Origin: Lama guanicoe
Taxonomy: Eukaryota
Assembly: GCA_013239625.1 (NCBI GenBank)
Contig: MU054323.1
Span: 11,553,815-11,617,814 of the forward strand
Length of the DNA stretch: 64,000 nucleotides
Direction of reading: 5' to 3'
The notes under the pieces are model-generated. The model did no database searches, was not told the origin of the DNA, and worked only from the letters and a program-made list of their open reading frames with translations. Position 1 is the stretch's first letter. The number at the start of each line of letters is the position of its first letter. Position numbers and translations under genes: made by a program. This document shows positions 50,836 to 63,800 of the stretch, piece after piece.

Positions 50836-52108
50836 GAAACCACAATTTAAAAAAGTTATTTTCATCTGATTTGAATTAAAATCCAGATAATGCTAGGTCC
50901 CAGATAAAGCAATAAAGTTAGCGATAGAGTTGGAAGGCAGGGGGCCAAATTGTGGAGGGTCTCAAAAGCCCAGCTGAGCTGGGAGGTACGAGGAGCCATG
51001 GGAAAGAGACATGGAGAGACTGGTACTGCAGGAGGACCAGTCTGACAGTCATGCTCAGGATGAACCAAGCAGGGGGAGCAGGAGAGGAGAAGGAAGCCAA
51101 AAGTCATCAAAAGCCTCTGATACCCTGGATGCTCTACATATGCATCCATATTTACAGCTAAGGAGATAAAGACTAAGAGAGACTTGTCCAGGGTCCCAGA
51201 GGTAGCAGATGGCAGATCCCCTGTCTCGAGCTCAGATCCCACATCTCTGCTGTTTTCTTCATACCAAGCTGCTTCTCCCGTGTATTATAAATGAATGAAA
51301 GGAGGGAGAATGGTGGGAGAGGAGAAGAAGACAGAGGGAATGGGGAGAAAGTAGAAATATGGAGGAAAGAAAGGGAATGCCAGGGGAAAGGAAGAGGAGC
51401 TTCAAAGCTGCAAGCAAGAACAAACTTTTAAATAAGACCCTGAGTCTGCATTGAACTTTTGACAATTACGGTTTGTCAGCATGGTAACTGATTCATAATT
51501 ATTTTATGGGATTTTAGCAAATCTATATGTAACTGGCTCAGAGCAGTTGCAGAGCTGTTAATCCTGAATGTTTATTATCCACCATTCAATAAATAGCTTA
51601 ATAAATCTAAAGAAGTCCAATTTATGGGGATGGTTATAGCATGCTATTCAAATTCCAAGCAATTACTATAAAACCACATCTATTGAGGGTAATGCAGTTT
51701 TTTAAATTTGATATTGGAAGATGCTGGAACTTGACATCCCTTTGAACTATTCTCTGCTTTATGTCTGGGCCACAGAGGGCCAGAGCCAGACAGAGGTCAG
51801 AGGCTGTCTCTGGGCTGCTGTCTGCCAAGGCGATGGAGTGAGATGGGACATAGGCTTATCCATTTCCATGATGTTTAGTGATATAGGTTCTGGGTGACAG
51901 TGACATTTCAAGGCTGTTTGGTTCCCTGTTCAGGGCTTACCTCTGACCCTGGTGTGGTAGAGTATGCCGTAGCCCAGGTTGGGTGAGCTTTGAACATCTT
52001 CTAGAAGGTGAGCGATTTGGGAAGAGCCAGATCAGAGACTTCTCTGCTGACCTCCAGGAGCCCAAGGCAGCCACAAAGAGGGCTATATGTAGAGAAGAAG
52101 GGAGGCAG

Positions 52109-52168
52109 ACACACTCACACTCACACATACTCTCACACACACACACTCTCACACTCACACACAGACAC
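52109..52168. repeat. Interrupted (CA)/(CT) dinucleotide repeat; UG-rich on the minus strand
   Basis: Direct inspection. Confidence 0.85.
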
Positions 52169-52502
52169 TAGATGGACCCCCTGGCCCATGGATTTCCTTT
52201 CATTCCCTGACACTTTGCCTTCCATTCTCTCTCATTAGGGAGGGAGCAGACAGAGAGTCAAGTGGAAAAGATCCTGGCCTAAAGACAGCAGATCTGGTCC
52301 TGGCCTTGGTTCTTATCCTTACTATGTTGTCTTGGACAAGTCACTTCAACTGCAGGGCCTGACTTTCCCCTTCCAGGTCTGACCCTCTGTGGTTCTATGC
52401 TTCAGTGAGAGAGAATGGTAGGTGAACTAGAAATACAGGCAGAAGTGCTCCACGAGGAGGAGCCCTGTCCAAACTGGTGACCAGATTTTACATCATCTAT
52501 CC

Positions 52503-53380
52503 CCCCATTCCTGTTTGAATGGCCATCATCAAAAAGACAGGAGATAAATCCTGGCAAGGGTATGGAAAAAAGGGAACACTTCTACACCATTTGTGGGATT
52601 GTAAACTGGTCCAGCCACTATGGAAAACAGGAATGGAGGATCCTCTAAAAACTGAACTAGCATATGATCCAACAATTCCACTTTTGAGTATTTATCCAAA
52701 GGAAACAAACACTAACTTCAAAAAATCTGCACCCCTATGTTCATTGTAGCATTGCTTGTAATAGCCAAGACATGGAAACAACCCAAGTATCCACTGACAG
52801 ATGAGTGGATGTATACACAATGGAACACTATTCAATCATTAAAAATGAGTAAATCTTGTCATTTAGGACACATAGGTGGACCTTGAGGGCATTATACTAA
52901 CTGAAATGAGTCAGACAGAGAAAGATAAATACTGTATGATCTCATTTATATGAAGAAGAAGAACAACAAAAAACCCAAAAGCCAAACTCATAGGAAAAGA
53001 GATCAGATTTGTGGCTACCAGAGGCATGGAGTAGGGAGACAGAAAATAGGAAGAAGGTGGTTAAAAGGTACAAGCTTCCAATTACAAGAAAAATGAGTAC
53101 TAAGGATGTCATGTACAACATGATGACTATAATTAACACAGCTGTGTAACACATATGAACATTGTTAAGAAAGCAAATCATAAGAGTTATCACAAATTTT
53201 TTTTCTTTTTTCCTTTTTTTAGTAGTATCTATATGAGATGATGGATGCTAACTACATTTATCGTGATAATCATTTCTCAGTATATGTAAGTCAAGCCATT
53301 ATGCTATATACCTTAAATTTATACAGTGACGTGTTAATTATGTCTCAATAAAGCTGGAAAAAATGCAAAAAAAAAGAAAA
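52503..53380 (+). mobile_element. L1 (L1MC-like) 3' end with poly-A tail
   Basis: GAATGGCCATCATCAAAAAGACAGGAGATAA...CTTAAATTTATACAGTG...CTCAATAAAGCTGGAAAAAA. Confidence 0.88.
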
Positions 53381-53454
53381 TACATTTTAAAAATACAGAC
53401 TTAAAAGTTAGAAAAGACTTTATATCATCAAAGGGCAGGCACCTTCCTCCTGCC

Positions 53455-55560
53455 CATAGATTTATTAAGCACCTGCCTATTCAGTATGAAGTTCAGTGTT
53501 TGAAACTGTACATGAGTGAGACTCGTTCCTCTCCCTCCAAAGAGTTCAAATCTACTGAAGTTGGAGACACATATCCAAATAATTGTGGTACAAGGAGGTA
53601 AACGCAAAACTGGCACTTTGTAGAAAATTTTTAGAAGGACAAGAAAAGTCACTCATTTTGAGTTGGGAAGGTTGTGTTTAGGTTGGACTTGACGGAGAAA
53701 CTGATATTTAAGCTAGACCTTAAAGGATAAATGAACAGAAACTCACCACTGAGAAAATGATGAAAGAGCACCCCGGGTAAACAGAGCAGCAATGGTGAAG
53801 AAGCACGGAAATACATCCATTCATCTGTGATGTCCCAGGAGCAGTTTGGGGGCACAATACAATAGTAAATAAGACAGAATCTCAGATTTCATGAGTTTTA
53901 CAGGCAAGAGAGTAGGGACAGGTATTAAAAAGTCAAACATATCAATGAATAAAGTGGCCTTAATGGACAAGCCTATGTGCTTGAAGTGTGGGGTGCATGT
54001 TGGGGAAAAAACTGGGCATGAGCTTGAAAAGATACAAACTTCAAAGAAGTAGAAGGCCTTGAATGCAGTACTAAGGAATTCGGTTTGTCCTTTAGGTAGT
54101 GGGGAACTGACAAAGATTTTGGCAGTGGAGAAACATTACCAGATACATGTTTTACAACTAAAACCAAGTAAAGAATACATCAGTGGGAAAGAGACTAGAT
54201 GCTGAGAAAGCAATCAGAGTGTTACTACTATGATCTAAGAAAAAAGATGATGAGAATGGATGCAGGGCCATATCCGTAGGAATGAAGACAAGGAGAGAGA
54301 TTTGAAAGGCATTTCAGAGGCACAAATGAAATTTGGTGACATGAGCAATGACTGAGAAAGAGGCAAATACACTATTCACAGATTGAGTGACCTGGTAAGT
54401 ATTTACCTGATTCTCAAAGATAAGGAATACAGACAAAAGGGGAAGTTAAAGGAAAACCATGAAGTTAAAGTTAAGGTACCTATGGAACAGCTCATAAGTT
54501 GACAGAAGTGTCATCTTGGAGCTTATTAATCCAGGCTGGAGTTAGTGATTGGAGAATCTTCAATCTAAAAGTATGAATTTAAAAATAAAGAATCAATTCT
54601 CCGTCTTTCCCCAGAGGAAATGCATGAGGCCACTCAGAGAAGAATAGAGAAGAAGACTAAGCCACACTGATGAAACTCATGCAGAAGAAGGTAAGTGAAG
54701 AAATTCAGAATGAACGCTGAGGAAGAATGCTGTCTGAGAATCAAGGGAGGAACGTGAAAAGATGAAGGGGATTTATAAGGAAAATGCCCCCTGAAGGCCA
54801 ACCAAACCCAGGGGAAGAAAGGGCCATTTAGTAATTCGGCAGTGAGAAGGCTGTTGGGAGAATTTGGGCTAAGCCATTTTATTGAAATGATGGGAGCAGA
54901 ATGTATTATGTAAAAGATTATGAGGAACCAGAAGCCTAGAAAGTAGAGAAAGCAAGCATAAAAAAACACTCTGAAAGAGTATTCCAGTAAAGGACTTGGA
55001 ATGGTTGGATATTACAGTCATTACATTCACTCACTCATTCAATAAATATTTTGCAAGCTGATAATACAGAATGTATCTAGGTACTGACCTGGGAGTCATT
55101 TTAGAAACCAGTAAGATATAATTACTGCCTTCAAGGTGCTCATGGTCTTCTAAGAGAGGCAGATGCAAACATTGCACTAAAATCAACAGTGGAGGTATAT
55201 AAAGGAGCAGGTGTAGATCAGAGGAAAAAAAATTTGTTCTATTTGGTGGAGAATTCTGGGATACTTCCTACAGAGATGCTATAAAGCTGGATTTTGAAAG
55301 ATTAAAAGGAGTTTGCCAGGCGGAAGAAGATGAGAAATTCATTCCAGAGAATGGGAACAGTACGTGCAAAAAAATGAAGGCAAGGAAGAGAATGTAATGT
55401 ATCAGGGGAATTCAAGCAATTTGGTACTGCTGAAGCATAAAGTGTGCCAGGGAGTGCCAACTGATGGGGCTAAAAGGCAAATGGGTACTAGATCAGAAAT
55501 GACTTCAGGTGCCATGCTTTAGGCTAAGAAGTTGGTCTTCATCTTGTAGGTGGAGATAAA
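53455..55560 (-). mobile_element. Cluster of L2 LINE fragments
   Basis: L2 3' ends in reverse (ATTTATTAAGCACCTGCCTAT; CATTCACTCACTCATTCAATAAATATTT) with typical L2 body. Confidence 0.65.
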
Positions 55561-55799
55561 AAAGGTAAGCAAGGAAAACTTGGGGTTGAAAGATCTCTTT
55601 GATTTCAACTTTTCTCTTTACTGATTCTTTTTTTTCTGTTATAGTTTATGGTGAGTCCTTGGTTCCTTTATTTTTCAGCATCCTTCTTTGATAAGAAGGA
55701 CTTTTATTAAACAGCTTTTATAGTCTTGTATTATTTTTTGTGTGTAGTGTTATATTTTTTATTGGTATGTAGGTAGTAAGCAACTTTTTTAATTTCCTC

Positions 55800-58700
55800 T
55801 TTGAAATTAATAAAATGAAAATTTTAAAATAGAAAGAATAAATAAACCAAAAATCTGATTTTTTGATAAAACTAATAAAGCAGATATACCTCTTACAAGC
55901 CGAATTAAGGGGGGAAAAGAGAGCATAAATATAGAAAAGATCAGAAATTAAAAAATCTCACGCCACTGTTTACATGCTTGAATTGCATACTAGCAACATT
56001 TAAAACTTAGAGTAAATGTATTAATTTAAGAGGAAATGAAAATCTTGACTTGATCAACTACTAGAGAAGGAACAGAGAGATGATGAGCGAGTTATCAATG
56101 AAAAAGTCGCCAGGCCTATATGCTGAGATTTTATATAAGTTAAAAATAGGTAATTTCCATTTAAATGTTCCAGATGATAAAAAGAAACTTGACAAAGACA
56201 AAAAGGAAGAAAAACTATATCCCAATATTATTTATAAGTAAAGGTACAGAATTCTAATTGAAATATGAGCAAATAAAATCTGGCAATGATCTAAAGAAAA
56301 ATGTATTATGATTAAGCAGATTTTATACTAAGGGTGGTTTAATATGAGAGCATCTATTGAAATAATCCATTATATCAATTTATACCACTGTATCAATAAA
56401 TTGAATATGTATGTACATCTGCATGTGTTTATATACAAATATGATGTACACTGTATGTATTATACAAGTGTATAATATATAATATATATATGGTGTTTAT
56501 CTACATCTATGTACATTAATCTAGGAGACGACAGTCTTAGGTTGAGTAGACTTTACTAATGCACCATGGACACCCAGAATGAATAAAATAAAGCACAGAC
56601 CTATTTAACTGTATACAAATTAAAGTAAAACTTTATGTGGAAATATGAATGAAAATTAACTTTTACATGAAAAAGAGAAGACATAAAAGAGACATCAATG
56701 AAAATAGCAAAGTAGGAACCTCAAAAAGTTCTCTCCTCCAAAAAGGCAATAATAACACTAGTAGAAATGTTCAGAATCAACTTTTTCATAACTCTGAAAA
56801 TTAACCAAAGGCTTATAGAAATCCAAGGGGCATTTATACAAGAAAAATGCCTGGATTTTGATAAGAACCATGGGCATATGGCATTTTAGCTTGTCCTATT
56901 TTCATCTCCCTCTCACCAGCTCTGCAGTAACCATGAAGACCAACAACTCACAATCACAGTCATAACCAGCAGCCTGGCTGCCACCAGGGCAACTACTTTG
57001 AAAATAACTAAAAAGTGTGTAGCAAAAGAAGTGAGACAGGACTTAATTAAGGTATACTAGAAAATACATACTTAACACAAGTGACACAGCAATGGCGGAC
57101 TGGGGTAAAAAAAAGACAAGATATGTACAAGCAAATAGCATAATGGCAGAAGTAATAATACCTTATTAGTGAGTAAATTAAATGCAAACAGATTAATCAT
57201 TAAATATAATTATTAAATTTGTATCAAAAGGCAGAGATTGAAAGAATGCATAAAAAATAATCCCACCACAACCTGCCTACAAGAGGACACTTGAGATTCA
57301 AAGACATACATAGGTTGAAAGTATAAGGAGGGGAAAGATATATGACACAAACCAAAAGAGAGCTGGGGTGGCTATAGAGACAGACCTGTTTTACTGTGCT
57401 TCACTTTGCTGCACTTTACAGATGCTAAGTTTTTTTATAAATTGGAGGTGTGTGGAAACCCTGCATCAAGCAAGTCTATTGGCATTATTTTTTTCCAACA
57501 GCATTTGCTCACTTTGTGTCTGTGCTACATTTTGGTAATTATTGCAATATTTCAAACTTTGTTATTATTATTATATTATTGTATTTGTTATGGTGATTTA
57601 TGATCAGTGATGTTTTTGATGTTACTATTGTCATTGTTTTGGGGTGCCATGAACTGTGCCCAAATGAGATGGCAAACTTAATTACTGAAATGTCAGCAAA
57701 GGATACAGAAACTTAGTTGATAAAGCAGTGGCAGGTTTAAGTCCAAAATTGGACTGATTTCAATTTTGAAAGAAGTTCTACTACAGGTGAAATGCTATTG
57801 CATGCTACAGAGAAATCATTCATGGAACAAAGTCAATCAACACGGCAAACTTCATTGTCTTATTTTAAGAAAATCGGCACAGTCACCCAACCTTCAGCAA
57901 CCACCACCCTCATCAGCCAGCAGCCATCAACACTGAAGCAAGACCCTGCACTAACAAAAAGATTATGACTTACTGAAGGCTTAGATGATAGTATATTTTT
58001 TAGCAACAACGTATTTTTAATTAAGGTATATAGATTTTTTTAAGATCTAAATCTCTTACACATTTAATAAACTACTGTATATTGTAAATATAACTTTTAT
58101 ATGCAGTGAGAAACCAAAAAAATTTGTGTGACTTGCTTTATTGAAATATTTGCTCTATTGTTGTAGTCTGGAACCAAGCCTGAAATATCTTCAAGGTATG
58201 CCTGTACTAATATCAGAAAATAGACTTTAAGACAAAAATTATTACCAGAGACAAAGAAGGACATAAAGAAGATTTAACAAATATAAGTACATACGCACCC
58301 AACAACAGAGTTCTCAAATGCATGAAGCAAAATATATCACAAATAGAAAGTAAAAAAATAGACATTTTAACAATAATAGTTGGAGTCCTCAATATTTCAC
58401 TTTTAATAATGGATAGAACAACCAGAAAGAAGATAAATAAAAAATAGAATAATTCTATATATAGAATAGCACTATAAACCAACTAACCTGACAGACATCT
58501 ATAGAACACTCCACCCAACAAGAGCAGAATAGACATTCTCAAGTGCACATTGGATATTGTCAGAGATAGGCCACATGTTAGGCCATAATACAAGCCCCAA
58601 TAAATTTAAAAGGATTAAAATCAGACAAATAAATTTCTTCATCTACAATGAAATGGAATTATAAATCAGTAACAGGACATTTGATAAATTCACAAGTAAG

Positions 58701-59850
58701 TGGAAATTAAACAACAAACTCCTAAATAATCAATGATTCAAAGGAGAAATCATAAAGAAAATTGGAAAATAGTTTGAGAGGAATGAAAACAAAGACACTA
58801 TTTTCTAAAACTTATGGGATACAGTAAAAGCAGTGCTTAGTGGAAAATTTAAGTGTAAAATACTATAAGAAAAAAGCAGAAAGATTTCAAAACAAAAAGA
58901 ATGAAAAGGGGGACATTACTATTGACCTTATAATAAATAGAATTATGACAGAATACTGTGAACAACTGTAGGCCAACAAACTAAATGACCTAGATAAAAT
59001 GGACATGCTTCTAGAAAGATGCACACTGATTTGAGAAGAACTAGAAAATCAGAATGACCTATAATAATAAACAGACTGAATTAGTAATAAAAAAATTTCC
59101 CTCAAAGAAAAACCCAGGACCAAGTGGCTACACTGGTGAAGTCTGCCAAAGTTTTAGAGAAGAATTAGCATGCATCCTTTTATAAACTCTTTCAAAAAAT
59201 AGGAGGAGGAAATTGAAACCCCCATACATTACTGGTGGAAATGTAAACTAATGAATTCTTTTTTGGAAAACAACTTTCACAGTTTCTCAAAATTTAAACA
59301 TAGAGTTGTCATGTGACTTCAGCAGTTACACTCCTAAGTACTGACTGATGAGAAATAAAAATATGTTTGTACAAAATCTTGTATATGAATGTTCATAGTA
59401 GCACTGTTTGCAACAAGCCATAGATGGAAGCAACCCAAATGTCCATCAATTGATGAATGATTAAACAAAATATCCATGCAATGGAATTTTTAGCCATAGA
59501 AAGGAATGAAGTTTCAATGAATGCTGCAACATGAATGGACTTTGAGAACATTATGCTAAGCAAATGAAGTAGACACAAAAGGCCACATATTGTATGATTC
59601 CATCTATACAAAATGTCAAGAATAGGCAAATTTTAGAGACAGAAATCAAATTTGTGATTGTCAGGGACTGGGGAATGAGGGAGCTGAGCAGTGACTGCTA
59701 ATGGATACGGAGTTTCTTCAGGGTGATGAAGATGCTCCAGAATTATAGTAGTGATGGTTTGCACAACCTTGTGAATACACTAAAATCCAATGAATTGTAC
59801 ACTTTAAAAGGTATATTTTATGATGCACACATTTTATCTCAATAAAAAAT
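55800..59850 (+). mobile_element. Degraded L1 pieces (host of a Tigger1 insertion), ending in an L1 3' UTR
   Basis: ORF2 phrases AGCTGGGGTGGCTATA|CTAATATCAGAAAATAGACTTTAAG and GACATCTATAGAACACTCCACCCAACA. 3' end TTTTATCTCAATAAAAAA. Confidence 0.85.
57377..58204 (+). mobile_element. Internally deleted Tigger1 DNA transposon (about 830 bp)
   Basis: 5' GAGACAGACCTGTTTTACTGTGCTTCACTTT...AACCCTGCATCAAGCAAGTCTATTGGC and 3' GAAATATCTTCAAGGTATGCCTG match Tigger1 ends. TA target duplication at 57375-76 and 58205-06. Confidence 0.88.
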
Positions 59851-59859
59851 TTAGTTTAT

Positions 59860-60750
59860 GCATTTTGTCAAAAAAGACAGAACAAAGATAATATACAATA
59901 GAGCCATAAAAATGTTTGTAATTCAGATGGTGGTGTTAATTCCCCTACTATACAAAGAGAAATTATAAATTGACAAAAACACTAAATCCACAATAAATAG
60001 AACAAATTATATCAAAATACAATTCATAGAAGGGCATATGCAAATGGCACAAAATACACTCAATTCACTGATAGTCATAGAAGTCTAAATTAAAATAACA
60101 ATGAGCTATCTTTCTGAACCCATGGACTGGCAAAAATTAAAAAGAACTATTATATCTATTGCCGGCAGGGATGTGGGGAATAAAGAGCGTCCTCTTATAT
60201 TGCTGATTGGGATAGTGATATAGTTACAGCTATTTTGGAAGCCAGCAAGCAACAATCATTAGTATGCAAAGTACATATGTCCTTTGACCTAGCAATCTTA
60301 CTTCTATGAGTCCAGCCTATATAAATAAAATGAGTAGTTTCTAAGGACACAGACACAGATGGAAACATACACATATATGTGTGTGTGTGTGTGTGTGCGT
60401 GTGTGTGTGTATTTGCTGAATTGTTACTGATATTTATAGTGGCCCCAAATTGAATACACTGGTGCATCTACACTGTGGAATATTATGTAACCACTCACAA
60501 AAAAACTAGGAATTGGAGAACTACCAGAAGACTCAGAAGAAATTCCATGGGTTTTACTGGATGAGAAAAAAAGATACAGAAGTGTATGTGTAGTGCAGTC
60601 AGTCCCCTTTTAATAAAATAATTATAAAAAACAATATAGGTGTATATATACATATACTAAATACATAAATCGATATATGGTTATACTTTTACTGTACATA
60701 TAAACACAGAGGAGAAAAGATCACTTTGGTGGTGGTAGTGGGGAAGATAC
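59860..60750 (+). mobile_element. Old L1 (L1ME-like) 3' fragment with (TG)n at about 60378-60410
   Basis: AATAACAATGAGCTATC...CCTTTGACCTAGCAATCTTACTTCTA. Confidence 0.65.
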
Positions 60751-63315
60751 CTAAAAGGAAGCAGAAATGAAAGGTACAGAGACTAGTTGGGAGGCTCCTG
60801 CAACAGTCCAGGAAAGACACGATGAAGACCTTGACTAAATCAACAACAGAGCCCAGGGGATTGAGTATGTCCCAAAAGTTCTGCTGGGACATCCTCTCTG
60901 GGGCTTTCTTTTGGCTGTTAGAGACCCTGCTTGCCTTTTCACCTGCAGACTGGGTGACAGGTTTTCTGGTGTCCTGCTCCATGGCCACCACCCATTTCTC
61001 CATCTTAGATTTTCTTTTTCCTACAAGGCTTGTGTGAATAAAAGCATCTTCAGAGCTTCTTCCTACACCTACTTCTGCCCTGGTCATGGCCCTGAGCATG
61101 CCCTCATAGCCTCCTGATACTCTCCACGAATTTGGACCATGGAATCCCCTCAAAACACAGGGTCAACAATAAGAAGTCCAAGATGATAACCTAATGGCCT
61201 TTTCCCATATTTATCCTTGCTCTATACTGATAATAAAGAAGACATCCAGCTGTGACTGTCCTTTGTCCCTATTCTGCCCTCTGCATGTGTTCTGTCTTCA
61301 TTCTTCTTCTTGGAGTCAACGGCACTCCTTTATTCACTGTCTAGAGCTTCTGAGTTCTCCCAGAATGCCAGGTACTCCTTCATTCCAACCCAGTTCGCTT
61401 TTCTTCAGACCTAGACTAAAGATTCTCATGTTGGGGGTGGATCAGTATATTAGAATCCTGTGGGGAAAGATCTTCAAAATATACATGCCCACCACTCTCC
61501 TCCTAGCCCCTCCCCCGTTTGTCATAGGTTCTGCAAAAATGAGCTCTTTTTTTTTTTTGAATGATAGTATTAAGATGGTACCATACACGATCTCCATTTT
61601 GCAGATTAGGAAACGAAGGACTGATGAGATTAAGTGATATTTCTAGTATCTGACTCTAGAGCATGCACTATTTCTATTGCACTCTCAGCTTTTTAGGAGA
61701 GTTCACCAAAGGCTCTGAGGAGGTGCCTTTACTTCTCAGAGGAGGCCTTGGGAGTCTGATGCCCAATGGCTTGTTTGGGTTCTCACTATTCAGCAAAAAA
61801 TTGTTGAGCTTCTAATACATGTAGGGCATTATAGTAGGTTCCTGGAGTTGGAGACAAGGAAGTTGGAGGAGAAATATGGAGATACAAAGATGAACAAAAC
61901 AGGGGATCTGCCTTTGCTAAGCTCACAGCAAGTTGGGGAGTAGGTCAAGATCGGTAAAGAGAGGCACTTAAAAAAACCGACATGACCAGTACCTTCATAG
62001 GCTAGAGGAATCTGGGATTCATCTCACTGTGAGTGCCAGAGAAGGCTCTCACTGAGCTGGTGTTTATGACTCACTTCATGTAAATAGATCTATTTAGACT
62101 TACCTGTTTCTAAAAGAGAGAAATCTTGTCCCTCCCTCATGTAAAGGCTACCTCCTTGGGACCCATCATGTTTCACCCCTAACTTGGAACATCCCAAAGT
62201 GGAACAAAGTCTGCTTACTGAACAAAGTAAATCATTTCCCCATGATTTCTAAGGGTTCTTCATGCATCAGGCTGCCATGAAGTTTTGCCAAAAAGGTCTT
62301 CAGATGCTTCCCAGCCTCAGGAAGACAAAGCAAATGCATGAACAAACAATAAAGAGAGTGGGTCTTTAAAGTGTTTTTTAAGAAAGGAGTGTGATCATAT
62401 AGAAAAGAACAGTGGTTCATCAGCTGAAAGTAAAAGAGAGATGAGACTTCTGAACAGATGGAGGAGTATGAGCAGAGGCAAAAGTTCAAAATGCTTTTGG
62501 AGTCATAGATAATGGACTATGGAGCTAGTCTGCCTGGCTTTGAACCCCAGTTCTGCCATTCCCTAGCAGTGTGGTCTTGGGCCACTTATCCAGAAAGAGC
62601 AAGACATTTCTGATTCTGAAGTAGAGAAACATTTAGGGGTGAGATGGGGTGGGTGGGAGGCTGTGGTGATTCTCAAATTGTAGGTTGGTCTGGACTATAT
62701 AGAATTCTCCATGAGTCTGGCCTTTAGATGGGGGAAATTGGGAGCTAGAGTAGATTTTTCAGTTGAGCATTTCAAGGTCAAAAAAATTATTTTTGATCAT
62801 TTCTTCATGACTCCCCAGGGGTTTTCCTACCTGGCAGGGATTTCTGTGAAGCATTTGAAGAATGCCTGTGAGTGAAATCAGCCACAGAGAGATGGCAAGA
62901 GAAACATATATCTGACATGGACTGAATCACATATCCCCTCACAGCAGAGTGGAAATCAGGAAAGGAGGGGTACCCCAGGGTGAGGGTAAGGGGCACCAAG
63001 CCAAATGCTTGTGCAGTTTCTGTATTTCAGGTCCAGGAATTTCTGATATATCTGCTCTCCCTCTGTGCTTTCAACCTATAAAAACTGCCTCTTTGATCTA
63101 AAAGAAAAAATGGATTCAGCCTCTAGGTTAATGCTAAGTATGTCAGAGAGGCTGCATGACTTAAGCATGAACAGAGAATGAGGCATTGGGAGAAGCAGCT
63201 GTGGAATACACAATCCATTTCACTTCCATGAATCACAGTGTTCTCATCTATAACATGGGGGATGTAACCCCTGTCCACAAGGAGGGGACACAGGAGGTCA
63301 CACAAGGCAAGTCTG

Positions 63316-63800
63316 TCTGTCAGGTGTCAGTTGCCACATGAGTGATGCTTAACAAAACCCTCAAAACCACAGCGACATACAACAGTAAACACTGCATTAG
63401 CTTATGAGTCTGTGGGGTCCAGTAGATCTGGGCATGGCTGCTCCTGGCTGTGCTTGCTTCTGTGACTGTGGTCAGCTGCAGGTCACAGCTGAATGGCTCT
63501 TCTATGAATGGGCTGGGCTCATTCCTAATCCTGGGAGTTGGCTAGCTGTTGCTGATCTAGGATGGCCTTGGGACAACTGGGATGCCTTGACTCTGTTCCA
63601 AGGGCATGTTCTTCTAAAGGTGATGGCATAGGGCAAGGATGAAAGGAAACATGCAAGCCTCTGCTTATGTCACACCTTCTAACAACCCATCAGCCCAAGC
63701 AAATCACACGGTTAAGCCCAGTGTGCAAAGTTACAAAGGCATAAGATGAGGACGCTGGGAGTGGTGAAGAATTGAGGACTTTTTTTTTTTTTTGCCATCC
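63316..63800 (-). mobile_element. Old MaLR MLT1 (H/I/J-like) LTR
   Basis: AACAAAACCCTCAAAACCACAGCGAC...TTAGCTTATGAGTCTGTGGG...GCCCAAGCAAATCACACGGTTAAGCCCA. Confidence 0.6.

Noticed and set aside
51937..52158. FVAALGS resembling calpain FLAALGS (possible duplicated or pseudo exon)
   Set aside because: Only about 6 residues match, there is no DCW and no downstream similarity, so it is probably chance.
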